Shown one piece after another: positions 36,670 to 49,900 of a stretch of DNA of 64,000 bases. Source of the stretch: Massalongia carnosa (Eukaryota). Location: NCBI GenBank assembly GCA_965645245.1, contig OZ287081.1, positions 1,054,001-1,118,000 of the forward strand, written 5' to 3'. Positions within the stretch are counted from its first letter, which is position 1, and every line of letters starts with the position of its first letter. The translations under genes were made by a program, and so were the position numbers. The notes beneath the pieces are model-generated. The model had not been told where the DNA came from and did no database searches. It saw only the letters and a list, made by a program, of their open reading frames with translations.

Positions 36670-37287
36670 CAAGTACAGGCGATTTTTCTATAAGTCCTAC
36701 TGACGAGAGCCCCGGAGATTCCATTTGGGGAGGGTTTTGAGGAGTGCTCAGGGGTGTTCCCGGGGAGGCTCTCGATATAATTCGTCGAGTCCTAGGGAGT
36801 ACCGGATTGAACATGATTTAATAAATAAATCGATATGCCTTTTCAATATCCCTTTTATCACCACCAAATAATTTATTCTGATGTTCCCCGGACGTACTAA
36901 TCAGAATAGAAATTTTCACCAATTTACAGGTCTAACGACTCTTGCTTTCCTATCCCTATTTATATGACAATAACTCGTCAAATAAATCCTATTCGGGTTA
37001 AAATAGACCGTTCCTCGCTTAGGCAGTAAATCTTATTTAACCCTTTACCAGACACTACAATAGTTGAAAATAATGAAAGTTTTTTTTTGCTTTTTTGCGA
37101 TAAAAATAAATCTAAGGCAAGGTAAGATAATAAGAGACATCCTATTCTGATTAATCTGAAATAGGATCTTTGGTATAATCCTATTCCAGACGTTTTTCCC
37201 CTTCTTTTCAGTGATCTGTTGACCGGCCGTTCAATGGAGATCGATAAAGCCTGAAATGGTATATGCAGAAATTATACGTGAAATATA

Positions 37288-38622
37288 CTGTCACGCGGGG
37301 GACAAAAAAAAAACTACACCAAAATTTAACCGGGTTCAACCCCCCACCAAAACACAAGCAATTTCCATACAATTTTGATGGGATAATCACCATTTCAACA
37401 ACCAGTCATCCAATTCATTCAATCTATTCAATAACCAGTCATTTTACCCTCACCATCCAAAACAGCTCTCAATCTATCTGGCATAGTAGACACCCGTTCA
37501 TTGATAAATGCCTGGGAAACGTTCGCCCACCCCTCATAAATTAGCCCCTTGGTCGTATCATCATCCAATGAGGATATTTTTTTAAATATTGCTTCGGGGC
37601 CTGCCAGCAATTTTCTATGGGGGCCAAATCAGGTGAACATGGACAGTTGAAATAGTGCTTCAGATCGTTGTTCTGCTTCCAAGTGCGTACAATGTTTGAT
37701 TTGCCTGGTCCATGTCCAGAATCACCGTCTTCTTCTAAGACGAAATCGTGTTTTGCTTCAATCCAGGGCTTCATAATAGGCTCCAATATAGAGTCGATAT
37801 AGACTCGTTGACTCATCTTTCCATTGGAGTTTCCAGGAACTCTGTAAAAGTAGATATCTGACTTGAAGTCATGACCTGCAGCAGCCCAACAGTGATGTCT
37901 CTTCTTGACGGCCTCGTCTGGTTCATCTGCTTCTTGAATACAATCATGACAATAACGTTCACCTAATCTTCGTATGATGCGTAATTTGCCCTGAGGTCCC
38001 CATCCAAAGTGCACTTCGTCACTAAATCGAACTTGTTTCCAGTCTTCTGCATTTGGATATCTAGAAAGCATAGCATCTGACCACTTCATACGAAGCTTTC
38101 TTGTCTTCTCGTTCACCCATCCCTTTCTGCACGCAATGCATTTGTGATAATCCATGGTGCCCATGATTCGTTGAATGGTTTTGCCACTGCAGTCTAGGCC
38201 TACTTCGAAGCCCAATTGCTCCCATGTAAGAGCGCGCGCCTCCATATCTTCTTCTTCCAATAGCCGTTCCATTTCTCTAATCAATTTAGGCGTAACAATT
38301 TTGTGACGCCCACGAGCTTCAGAAACATCGGAATTATTATGATGACGGCGTGATGAGGCTCCTTCACGCAGGTATGCATAGCCCCTCGTACGTTCCACAT
38401 CAAATGTGCGAAAAACATCCTCTTTGTGATAAGAAATGCCTTGCTTTTCGCAAAATTCAACGGCTCCCTGAATTTTAGCTTTGGTAGGAGTCTCGATATG
38501 TTTAGAATTCATAATAATGATAATTATCCCATCAAAATCGTATTTAAATTGCTTGTGTTTTGGTGGGGAGTTGAGCCCGGTTAAATTTTGGTGTAGTTTT
38601 TTTTTTGTCCGCCGCGTGACTG
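37288..38622 (-). mobile_element. Tc1/mariner DNA transposon with ~105-bp TIRs
   Basis: TA on both flanks; TIR C(A/T)GTCACGCGG..ACAAAAAAAAAACTACACC... Confidence 0.95.
37428..38512 (-). pseudogene. Tc1-type DDE transposase, one frameshift near 37567
   Basis: MNSKHIETP...; FSDE, EDGD, SPDLAPIEN; C-terminus ...GKMTGY in another frame. Confidence 0.9.
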
Positions 38623-38766
38623 TAAAAATTTGTGCTTGCGGAAGTTCCCGTAACCTTAAATGAGAAATGAACTTCAAAAAAGTTGGTCGTCGCGACAGTT
38701 GTTGTACAGTACCGCGACAGTAGATATTTTTAGTAGATAATTCTTGTAGTAATAATTGAGGGTAAT

Positions 38767-39304
38767 TGTCAGGGCATAGAAGGAATAAAGGCTCAGCTAA
38801 CTAAGCGGGGCTTAGTTCTACGGCTAGGCTTAGTCATATGGAAAGCAGTTGGTCTGCGTTACGCGGCTGGTATCTACTGCCGAGAGTATAGTACGAGCGA
38901 TCGAGATATACGAGGATGCTCGTACGATTAGTGAGCGGATGGTACGATACAGTCAGCACAGTATCCACGATACAGTCAGCACAGTGTCTACGATACAGTC
39001 AGCACAGTGTCTACGATACAGTCAGCACAGTGTCCACGATGCAGTCAGCAGAGTGTTTAGCCGGCTTATCCGGTAGGAGTAATGGGCGGTCAAGATAGTT
39101 ACAGTATCAAGGGCCCAGAGGGTCAAGGGCTTCGGTCCGGGTATATAAGGAGGCTGCTCGAGGGAGATGCAATCTTCAACGATTAGTCTTCCGCTTTACC
39201 TACATACTTCTTTTAGTATATTAGTATAGCAAATCATTAGTGTCTTCACATTGTCACATATCCCTAGGCCTGGTGTCTGCTAATCGCCAGGTCTGACTCT
39301 TACA
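38767..39304 (+). mobile_element. Solo LTR (538 bp)
   Basis: TGTCAG...CTTACA; perfect TSD GTAAT (38762-66, 39305-09); 23-bp tandem repeat x5 (38945-~39059); TATATAA at ~39142. Confidence 0.93.
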
Positions 39305-39593
39305 GTAATGCGACAACAGAACAGAAAAAAGTGAGAAAAAGAGCGATTTTTGGTGATATTGTTGGTATTTGTTGTTTTTATAACTTCTTGAGCGCGCTTT
39401 ATCACGTCTGTCGCGTGCGACCAGCAGAAAATCTCTGCTGGAGCTTTGCTAGAGCTCTCCTACACTCAATCTGAGTCCGTTTTTGCTCTGGAGGAGCTCA
39501 AATGACTGAGAAAAAGATATTCAATTGACTGTGAAAGTTATAGAGTATCAAAAGTTGCGGTACTTGTGTTTCGATAGGTGGTCTTTGGTGCTT

Positions 39594-40532
39594 CCTGCGT
39601 TTTCATCGATTGACAAATTTGTAAATGCATTTTCGATTTTAGATTTTGCAAATGTTAAATCAATAACTGATAAAGAACTTCCAGAATAGGCGTAGTATGT
39701 TCATAAATCAGGTTTGTTTATCAAACTACACCTGTTTAATTTCAACCATTTGACAAGATTTTCTGATCTAATTTCTTGTTGGATTTTCGAATTCTACCAT
39801 TTATGATGTGCATTGAAATCTCCACATATGATAAATTGATAAGTTGATGTAGGTTGATACTTGATTAAAAGTCGATCGATCGTGTATGTTTCTCGATCAC
39901 TTTGGCTTTTTCGTTATAGATATTGAAAATCTGCACTTTTCGAACGTCATCAATTGTAATTTCAATAATTTGCATATCGGAATCGTCAATAAGGTCAGTT
40001 CTAGGCGTACATCGCAGTTTGTGATTGCATTTTATGACAAATATAGCTACACTCGAGCGATAAGTCGCTAATTTTGGCATAATACATGTAAATAACGGAT
40101 GTGATATTGTTTTCTGATCTCGTGTCCATGGTTCCTGAAACAAAACAATATCAATTTGATTTGATAAAGCATATTCCAAACACAAAATCATGGCATTCGT
40201 TGACTTTGCACAATTATATTAAATAAAGTTAACATTTTAATTATTATCGATGTTTGTCAACGAATGTTATCCTGTTATTACAAAGCGGCTAGTTCGTCAG
40301 TCGATTTTCAAATATTTAACGATATAACCATTTCACAATTTTCATTATTGGATTGATGATTCTTGTTGCGATTCGCGCATTTGACGACGACTTGTGTACA
40401 CGCAATTTTCGATTTGCATGTTGTGCATTCATGATTGCGTGTTTCATGATTTTGCGCACATATGCTGCATTACGCTTGACTTTTGCATTGATAATGCTTG
40501 TTTCCTAATTTTTGACAATTAATGCATTGTGT
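39594..40532 (-). mobile_element. LINE subfamily C fragment (ORF1 C-terminus plus APE); continues at 61957-62055
   Basis: LFQEPW APE motif; breaks at TAATGCATTGTGT (40520-32), which recurs at 61957-69. Confidence 0.88.
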
Positions 40533-41121
40533 TATTCTTTTTTTTATTCATTAAATGTATTCAACCTAAGTTTATGACAATAAACTATTTTAGATATATT
40601 TCTATAATACAAATAAATCAACCCTTTATAACCCATCTATGTATCGTCAATTTTTCCCTGTTTTACTCCGTTTTAGTAACAACCTATAGTAATCGAAAAA
40701 TTATACTATTTGTCTTTATAAGTTCGTAAATATTTCAGCCTAAATCATTTCTGATTTTACTGTTCGATCTCTCCCCAAACTCCAGTTTCGACAATTTCGT
40801 CATCAAGCTGTCCTAGTATCCATTTTCTAGTCGCGATTTTGTTATTGACAATTAATTTAATCAAAATGTCATTTCCGATTTTTGTGTTAAACAACATTTT
40901 CAAGTTGATCTTAGTATCGGCAGTTTGTTTCATGTGTTGAATTTCATCGAAATAGTGAATGCAATTCAAAAACAAGTGTTCTGGCGTTTGTCGTTGATTA
41001 TTGCATCGATTTATGCATTTTGACGAATTATAATCTTTCAATCGATGTAAATATGATCGAAAATAGTCATGTCCGAATTTTAATTGCATAATAGTAGCAA
41101 ATATAAATTTGGAATACTTGT
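40533..41121 (-). mobile_element. B/C-type LINE 3' fragment (3' end of a TSD-bounded chimeric insert)
   Basis: MQLKFGHDYF...WGEIEQ, 3'UTR, poly-T next to the TSD. Confidence 0.9.
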
Positions 41122-41220
41122 CATTGTGTTATTGGCAAGAGTACCAACCGGGCTCATCTTCCAAAAAAGACCTGTCTCATCCATATTGAAAATATCGCGA
41201 TTATCATATTCTTTGACAAA
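41122..41220 (-). pseudogene. Fragment of a pogo/Tigger/CENP-B-type DDE_1 transposase coding sequence
   Basis: Minus strand translates FVKEYDNRDIFNMDETGLFWKMSPVGTLA. Confidence 0.8.
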
Positions 41221-41948
41221 TCACGAACATCACATCTAAAATATGAATATATAACTGGGAACAGATATGGCTTAACGATCGAGATACCATAGAATTCAAT
41301 CTACAACCACAACTAGGCTACTATTATTGATTGGTCTCTCACATCTATCTATTCTCTTAATACGTCTTCTCTTGTAACGCGTACCGACGTTATGTCGACG
41401 CCAAGTAGGCGGCGTGGCGACATCGCTGCGCGGGCGCTACAAGAGAAGAAAAGCAGCGCAAACCTTACAAGTCGAGCAGTACGCGCAATAGCTGACATTG
41501 AAAAACAGCTACGCGACAAATCTAGAGAGATAATTAAGGGATCAGAGATCTTGACACTGCTACAAGAAGCAAATAAGTTGATTCACTTTCTCGTGCTTCC
41601 GGAGAGCGAGTTACGCAATGATGTGCAGCTGATTCAACAGCAATTAACGCGCATAGAAGCGAACACGACCAAGACGACGGCAGCAGTCAAGAGCTACGCC
41701 GCGGTAGCGTCCACGGGAAGTAGCCGAAACGACAGCAACATGACGGCGACGCGCAACTCCGTAATGGAGCAGCAACGACAGCTGGAGGAGATAAAGAGAA
41801 GAAAGTCCGCTCTGATCAAGTTCAGGAACGACGCAGAGAAAGTCGGAATCAAAGCCTTGTCGAACAAGGCACTTATGGACAGAATCAAGACTATCGAGGA
41901 GAAGATCGGCGATGTACTGGCGATGCGACGTCTCTCAAGCGGCGACTT

Positions 41949-43454
41949 TTTTTTTATTTATTCATTTTTTTATTTATTCATTAAGTGTATTCAACCTAAG
42001 GTTATGACAATAAACTATTTTAAGATATGGTTTTATTTTACAAATAAATCAACCCTTTATAACCCAACTATCTATCGTCAATATTGCCCCGTTTTTACTC
42101 CGTGTTAGTAACAACCTTTAGTAATCGAAATATCGATTTTAAAATTTGTTTTTGTAAAGCTCGTAAATATTCCAGCATAAATCATTTCTAATTTTACTGT
42201 TCGATCTCTCCCCAACCTCCCGTTTCGATATTTTCGTCATCGAGCTGACCTAGCATCCATTTTCTAGTCGCGATTTTGTTATCAACAATAAATTTAATCA
42301 AAATATTATTTCCGATCCTAGTATTAAACAACATTTTTAAAGTAATTGTGGTATCGATATTTTGTTTCATGTTTAGGATTTCATTTGAATAATGTATGCA
42401 ATTCATCAATAAGTTTTCTGGCGTTTGACGTTCGTTGCAGCGCCCTGTGCATTTTGACGAATTATAATCTTTCAATCGGTGCAGGTATGATCGAAAATAA
42501 CCGTGTCCGAATTTCATTTGCATAATAGTTGCAAATATTAATTTCGAACAATTATTCGACAGATAATAAAAACTCGATTTGCCCGGCTGCATTTCGAATT
42601 TCTCATAGTATTTGCCTTTTGACTTGCATTGTTGCCATTGATTCGCCCATGTGGCTAACATATTTCGATTTATTTGACCCTTCACATAATCAAATGTTAT
42701 TATCGAAGACTCGACTAGGATTCGACTATGTCCCGCTTTTGCTGCTTTATCTGCAATTTCATTTTCGACGATTTTCGAATGACTAGGAATCCATTGTAGA
42801 ACCACCTGATAATTGTTTCCGAATAAGCATTTCGAGAATTTTCGAATTTGTTTTGCGTAAGTATGATTTGTCAAGTTCTGAATTTCGTTTATCGCGTTTA
42901 TGCTATCGGAAAAAATCCAAATCGTTTTTTCTAAATTGAAGAGAATATTCGCAATTGTCAATTTGTATGCCCATTTTATTGCTTGTAGTATCGCATACAG
43001 TTCAGCGTTTTTAACGCTTGACTGTTTGTTTAATTTCCAGCTTCTCGAAATCGTATGATGTTTGAGGAGACAATCTTTTTCGATAAAACGATTGAAGTTA
43101 TCGGTGAAATTGTTCCAATTTCCCGTAATTGGTGCATATGTGACAGCGGAAGATGAAAACTCGGTTTTTGATCCATCGGTATAGAGTAAAATTTGCGATT
43201 TATCGGCGTTTATTGATTGAATATTTGATAAAGTCGAATAATAACTTGACTTTGCTGTTTCTTTTGATCTTTCGATTTGGAACTTGATTTTACAAGACGG
43301 CTTCCATGGTTTGATGAAATTATTTACTGATTCGAATTCATCAGTTTTGTGAACTATATCCGAAACGGAATGAAGAATACGGATAAGCTGACTAGGATGA
43401 GGTTTACTCGATTTTTTCTCGTCTTCGTTCCATTCAGCATATCTGTTGTTCCAT
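41949..43454 (-). mobile_element. LINE-A 5'-truncated copy
   Basis: 14-bp TSD TCAAGCGGCGACTT (41935-48, 43455-68). Confidence 0.96.
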
Positions 43455-45316
43455 TCAAGCGGCGACTTGGAGCGGCTGGCGTGCACGATAGAAGCTAAGT
43501 CTAGAATAGAGATAGATCAACAGCTACATAAAGGGTTTGCGGACTCAGCGGATGTAGTACGACGCACATTCGCTGTGTAAGCGCATGGGGTGCGCGTAGA
43601 CAGCGTCGACACAGTTAAGGCACAAGCTACCATCAAGAGTCTAGAGAAACAGAATGAGCAGCTTCATCCGGGACTGCAGATCTGCCGCATTGCATGGACC
43701 AAAAGGGCAGTTTCAGAAGCCAAGATTCACTCCTCGCTAATAGTTGAAGTAGCCACCGCAGAGACGGCAAACAGACTGATTAAAGAGGGTCTTCTACAGG
43801 ATTACTCGCATAGAATATGTGAGTACTTCGATAAGAACTGTCGTATAAAACAGTGCTTTTACTGCCAGAAGTACGGACATACGGGCACCGCATGCAAGAA
43901 CGCCCTTCGATGCGCAGGCTGCGCTTAAGGACATCGCTCGCAAGCATGCAAAGCGCCTGCGGATCGACGCAAGTGCGCCGTGTGCGGCGGGAATCATCGG
44001 GCGTGGTCTCACCTCTGCCTCGTCCGAAAAGAGGAGAAGGAGCGCCTGAATGGCACCTGGAAGAACCGACCAACGTGGCATGTCGAGACGGAGGCGGTTG
44101 TCCTTCCTCGACAAAGTCAGACAGTAGAACGACGCAATAACGCCGGCGACACGTACACCTGCGCCAACACGTCATTAGGCAGTGCGTGAGCGAAGCCGCT
44201 CGCTAACCCCCGAGGCCGAGGAGCTGAACGAGTTCACTCAGGATGGCTCCACGATTATGAGCCTCGACATTAATACAGTCACCAACAGCTTTCCGGCTCT
44301 CTACTCAACATACGGCAAGAGGGCACACTCGCAGGGACCTGGAGAAGGCTCCTCGCTATCTCCTACTAGGCGCAGAGCTAGCTTGTCGGTTGTACCTGAC
44401 TCACAGCCGGCCTCGTCTAAGCCAACCCCCAAAATATCGGTACCCTATATTTTGATATACTGAAACTTTCCCAACTTATTCTCCTCATTCTTCTCATTCA
44501 TTTGAGCCTACCAGAAGCTTAAACCCATCAGAATTGGGTACAGGAGAGCTCTTCCACTGCTCCTGCAGAGTTTTCCTCGCGGTCTGTCCGCCCCTTAACC
44601 AAAAAGCGCGTCCAAAAAATCTACAAAACACAAAAACACCAACAACAACGTCAAAAATCGCTCGATTTTCGATATTTCTTCGGTTTAATTGTCGCATAGA
44701 TCTCATCTATTATCACAAAAATTATCTACAAAATATCATCACTGTCGCGTAACTGTACAACCTGTTCTCGAGAAAACAAAACTTCTTGGTGTTCATTTGA
44801 AATTTAAGGTTACCGGTACCGTATACACTATTCCATTTTGGGTTTTTTCGATTTTCGTTGAACTGCCGACCAACAATCTGCTGAAACGAAGGGGAAAAAC
44901 GTCTGAAATAGGGTTAAACCAAAGGCCCTGTTTCAGGCTAACCAGAATAGGAAGTCTCCTCTCTCTCATTGTACTTGATTTTTATTTCTGGATCAAAAAC
45001 ATTTTTAAAAAAAAAAAAAAAAAATTTTTCTGTTCGATCGTAAAATTCTTATTATATTCCATATATCGTAGTGTCAAGGTAAAGAGTTAAATAAGATCTA
45101 TTGCCTAAGCGAGGAACGGTCTATTTTAACTCGACTAGGATTTATTTGACTTGTTATTGTCAAATAAATAGGGTTTGGAAAGCAAGAGTCTTTAGACCAG
45201 TAAATCGGTGTAAAAACTCTCTATTCTGACTATTACGTCCGGGGAACGTCAGAATAAATTATTTGGTGGCGATAAAGGGGATATAGCAAAGGCAACATCG
45301 ATTTATTTATAAATCC

Positions 45317-46900
45317 ATGTTTAACGCGGTAATGAACCGCCGGAATATACCAAGGACACCACCCCCAGCCGGTCCCGCCCCCCTATCGACCCCTTACCCG
45401 GCCCCCCCCCGACACTCCCCGGGACCATCTCCGGTGGCGTTGATAGGGAGCTCTCCCCGTCTTGAACCTATGGATCAAACTCGCGAATATGCATCAGCCC
45501 CGTCAACACCGACACCAAAGGCAACGAAATTCCCATCGGGTCCATTTTCCACTATCTTGCCGATGCCTTCATTGAACTTAAACATTGGATCAAGCCCACC
45601 AATCAAACGAAATAAAAGACGCACATTTGACGAACATTCGAGAGATAGCCAAGAAGCGATCAATCGGGCAAATTCAATTGAGCTTCTAAAGTCGGCCAAA
45701 AAAGCATTATTGCAATCATTTGTACTGGACCAAAATCCACAAACGGCTATCGTAATTGACAACGTTAATTCGTTGATTTCGAAAAAATCAATCAATTTAC
45801 AAACATCCTTAGATATGATTAACTATAAAATGGGCATAGTACTTGATCAAACTAGTCATCTTTCCTCAAAAACGTCACAACAACAAACGACTCCACTACA
45901 GAATGGTCCAAAAATCCAAAAACCGGTTGTTAAATTGAACGAAAATTCAATTATCGAAAATCAGACCATTCGCAAAGGAGCTACCGGGGTCTCTGGTAAC
46001 AATGTTAGCACAACCGGTACATGGAGTCAAATGCTTGGAAAAGCAACCGAAAACTCCGAAAATTGGACTACTATTAAAAGGAAAAGTTCGAATCATAATT
46101 CGAACAAAGTCGATCGATTTGATGCAATCAAGGCCAGACGACTCGTGATTTCACCGAAAAATCCTGACGCTCAAATCGACTCTATGAAGTTGCGTGATGA
46201 AATTAACGCGCTATTAAAAAACGCAAATTTAAACATCATCGTCAATACTGTTGAAAAGTCCAAAACCGGTCAGAATATCGTTCTCACCACTAGCCCTGAC
46301 AACAATGCCGAAGAATTGTTGAAAAATAAATCTTCATGGGAACACATTTTCGAATCACAAAGAATTCGAAAAGACGAATCCTGGTTTAAAGTCATAGCAC
46401 ACGGAGTAAATATCTCGTTATTCGATAATAACATGCAATATTTGCAAACCGAAATCGAAAAATACAATTCGAATATGCAACTATGCGATTTACCAAGATG
46501 GCTTGCTCGGGATCGTCAAAACAAAGTCACGTCGTCGGTAGTTTTGACTTTCAATAATCAAAATCAAGCGTCAAACGCGTTAAGAGGCGTGAATATCGCG
46601 GGTAGACATTGTGACACGGAAATATTTGCTTCCGTTCGTCTAAACACGCAATGTATTAATTGTCAGAAATTTGGACATAAGCATTATCAATGCAAAAGTC
46701 CGGCAAAATGCAATATATGCGCACAAAGTCATGAAACGCATAATCATGAATGCACAACATGCAAGTCTAAAATCGCATGCGCACATGCAATTCTGAAATG
46801 CGTCAATTGCAACAAAAATCATCAATCGAACGATATAGGTTGCGAAATGTTTATCTCGCTAAATCCTAGAAAATCGAATGATGAATTAATGCTTGGTTAA
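45317..46900 (+). CDS. LINE-A ORF1, intact 527 aa
   Basis: Pro-rich N-terminus; CINCQKFGHKHYQC, CNICAQSH, CVNCNKNH knuckles; stop overlaps the ORF2 ATG (TAATG). Confidence 0.92.
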   Translation: MFNAVMNRRNIPRTPPPAGPAPLSTPYPAPPRHSPGPSPVALIGSSPRLEPMDQTREYASAPSTPTPKATKFPSGPFSTILPMPSLNLNIGSSPPIKRNKRRTFDEHSRDSQEAINRANSIELLKSAKKALLQSFVLDQNPQTAIVIDNVNSLISKKSINLQTSLDMINYKMGIVLDQTSHLSSKTSQQQTTPLQNGPKIQKPVVKLNENSIIENQTIRKGATGVSGNNVSTTGTWSQMLGKATENSENWTTIKRKSSNHNSNKVDRFDAIKARRLVISPKNPDAQIDSMKLRDEINALLKNANLNIIVNTVEKSKTGQNIVLTTSPDNNAEELLKNKSSWEHIFESQRIRKDESWFKVIAHGVNISLFDNNMQYLQTEIEKYNSNMQLCDLPRWLARDRQNKVTSSVVLTFNNQNQASNALRGVNIAGRHCDTEIFASVRLNTQCINCQKFGHKHYQCKSPAKCNICAQSHETHNHECTTCKSKIACAHAILKCVNCNKNHQSNDIGCEMFISLNPRKSNDELMLG

Positions 46901-49900
46901 TGGCGGGACAACATTCGTTGACAAATATCGAAAATACACAAAATGTCAAATTTATTCAACATAATTGTGCAAAGTCAACGAATGCAATGATTTCGTGTCT
47001 GGAATATGCAGTATTAAATCGTGTTGATATTGTTTTATTTCAGGAACCATGGACGCGAGATCAAAAAACAATTTCCCATCCGTCATTCACATGTATTATG
47101 CCGAAAATAGCGACTTATCGGCCGAGAGTAGCTATATTCGTTACAAAATGCAATCCAAAATTACAATGCACGCCTAGAACGGATCTTATAAACGATACTG
47201 ATCTGCAAATTATCGAAATTACAATTGATGAAGTTCGAAAAGTGCAGATCTTTAACCTTTACAATGAAAAAAGTCTAAACGATCGAGAAACATATACAAT
47301 CGATCGACTTTTAGTTAAATATCATCCTATATCAACTGATCAATTTGTCATATGTGGAGATTTCAATGCACATCATAGCTGGTGGAATTCGAAGATTCAA
47401 AATGCAATTCGATCAGAAAATCTAGTCAAATGGTTAAAATTAAACAAATGTAGTTTGATAAATACGCCTGATCTATATACATTTTTTGCTCATTCAGGAA
47501 ACTCTTCATCTATTATTGATTTAACATTTGCAAATTCTAAAATCGAAAACGCAATTACAAATTGGTCAATCGATGAAAACGCAGTCACGGGTTCAGATCA
47601 TGAAGTTATTCGATTTGAACTTATCGCGTCTTTCAAGAACTTGACGTCACACGCAACCGCATTATCGAATAAATACAACTGCAATAAAGCCGATTGGGAT
47701 AAATTCGCGAAGTTTCTAGACGAAAATGCAGTAAACTACGAGTCCCAAATACAAAGTCTATTGAACAATTATCAATTTGATGAATCAGCGTTATATTTGC
47801 AAAACGTTATCAAAAACGCGGCTGAAATGTTTATTCCGAAGACAAAAATATGCGCAAAATCGAAAAATTGGTGGTCGCAAGATTTATCCGGACTTCGAAA
47901 AATCATGTGTAGACATCGTCGAGAATGGAAGAATAATCCGTCCTATTTTAGTCATCAAACATTTAGACATAGTCGAATCGAGTACTTTCATGCAATTCGA
48001 AAAGCGAAACAGCAAACTTGGTTGGCTTTCCTCGAAAACGCAGCGAATAAAGACGTATTTACAGCTTATAAATACACTAAACCGTGCATGTTCGAAAAAA
48101 TACCACCTATTCAATATGAAAATAAGTTAAATGTTCAATTCGATCACAAATGCGATGCGTTTGTGTCAGCAATGTACACAAAAAACCCGTTCACGGATGA
48201 TAATATTGAAGATTTAACGAATCAAGACAGCGAAAATGACAACAATTGGCCGAATTTAACCGAAAATGAATTGCAAAATGCGATTAGTTTGTTTAATCCA
48301 AAGAAATCATGTGGACCTGATGCAATCAATTTCACAATAATTCAAAAATCGTTTCAACCATTGAAAAACGTGTTTTTTACTATTTATTCTAAGTTTATAC
48401 AAATCGGTTTTCACCCGTTATGTTGGCGAACAGGACTCGGTGCTGTTTTAAAAAAAACCTAATAAACCAGACTACTCGCTGCCAAAATCATATCGAATTA
48501 TTACCTTACTGAATTTTCTTGGTAAAATTGCGGAGAAAATAGTTGCTAATCGACTAGCCTACCTCGGCGAAAATTCGAGCTTGTTAGATACCGAACAAAT
48601 GGGCGGACGGAAAAATCATTCTGCAACCGATGCGGTAATGAACGTCGTTCATGATATCGAAATCGCTAACCGAAACAAAAACGTTTTATCATGTCTATTA
48701 CTCGATGTCAAAGGAGCATTTGACTTTGTTTCGATTAATCAATTGCTTAATGTCATGAAAAAGCTGCATTTATCTCGCATAGTTATTCAATGGGTCAAGC
48801 ATTTTATGACAAAACGATCGATCAATTTGATATTCGATGAACACAAAAGCAAAACGTACTATATCGAATCTGGAATTCCACAAGGTTCACCAATTTCGCC
48901 AATTCTATTTCTGATTTATATTCGTTACTTATTTCCGAAAATACGAATGAAATTCAATGCTCATTCACCTAGCTTTATAGACGATGTTGCAATATATTTC
49001 GAAAATAAAACTGCCACACAGAATTGCAAAGAAATCGAAATTATCGTCAAAACAGCTTTTGATTGGGCCGCAACGAATAATGTCAAATTTGATGACGACA
49101 AATCTGAGTTGATTCACTTCGAAAAGTCAAGAAATGCATCAAAAGACAAAGTGCAATTACCAAACGGGACAATACTAGAACCGAAAAATTCTGTCAAATG
49201 GTTAGGAGTCTGGTTAGACCGAAAACTAAATTACAAAAAACACGTCGAAACGCGAATTGCTTCTGCAAATCGATCGTTTTTCGCAATTCAAAATTTGATG
49301 AAGTCTGAATGGGGACTAAAGCCAACTGCATGCAGACAGCTCTATCTGTCATGTATTATTCCTATTTCGGACTATGGCTCAGAAATCTGGTATAACGGTC
49401 AAAAGAAATATGAAAAGCTATTTCAGAATCTGCAAAATCGAATGATTCGAAAGATTTTAGGCACATTCAAAACCACGCCTGTTCAGGCGATGGAAATTGA
49501 ATCGCATATTTTACCAGCCAAGCTACGATTGTTGATGAAAAATCAAAAATACGCAATTCGATTATTGAAGATTGCCGAAAATAATCCTATTTGTCAAAGA
49601 ATTCCCAGTACCTATTCTGTGAAATTCGAAAACATCGGTTTTGACACTAGTTTATGGAACAACAGATATGCTGAATGGAACGAAGACGAGAAAAAATCGA
49701 GTAAACCTCATCCTAGTCAGCTTATCCGTATTCTTCATTCCGTTTCGGATATAGTTCACAAAACTGATGAATTCGAATCAGTAAATAATTTCATCAAACC
49801 ATGGAAGCCGTCTTGTAAAATCAAGTTCCAAATCGAAAGATCCAAAGAAACAGCAAAGTCAAGTTATTAATCGACTTTATCAAAAATCCAATCAATAAAC

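Larger units (their letters stand above)
27312..39593 (-). mobile_element. 5' half of a B-type LINE (5'UTR, ORF1, APE start) split by four insertions
   Basis: Pieces 27312-~28250, 29341-30170, 36675-37287, 38625-38766 and 39310-39593 join colinearly; ORF1 starts MFN near 36815. Confidence 0.88.

Noticed and set aside
38945..39059. CRISPR-like arrays (also 30375-30497)
   Set aside because: Head-to-tail repeats with no spacers, inside LTRs, in eukaryotic context.
44494..45090. Small ORFs in the LINE 5'UTR (also 17024-17526)
   Set aside because: The plus-strand ones use TTG starts, and length varies with a poly-A run between copies.
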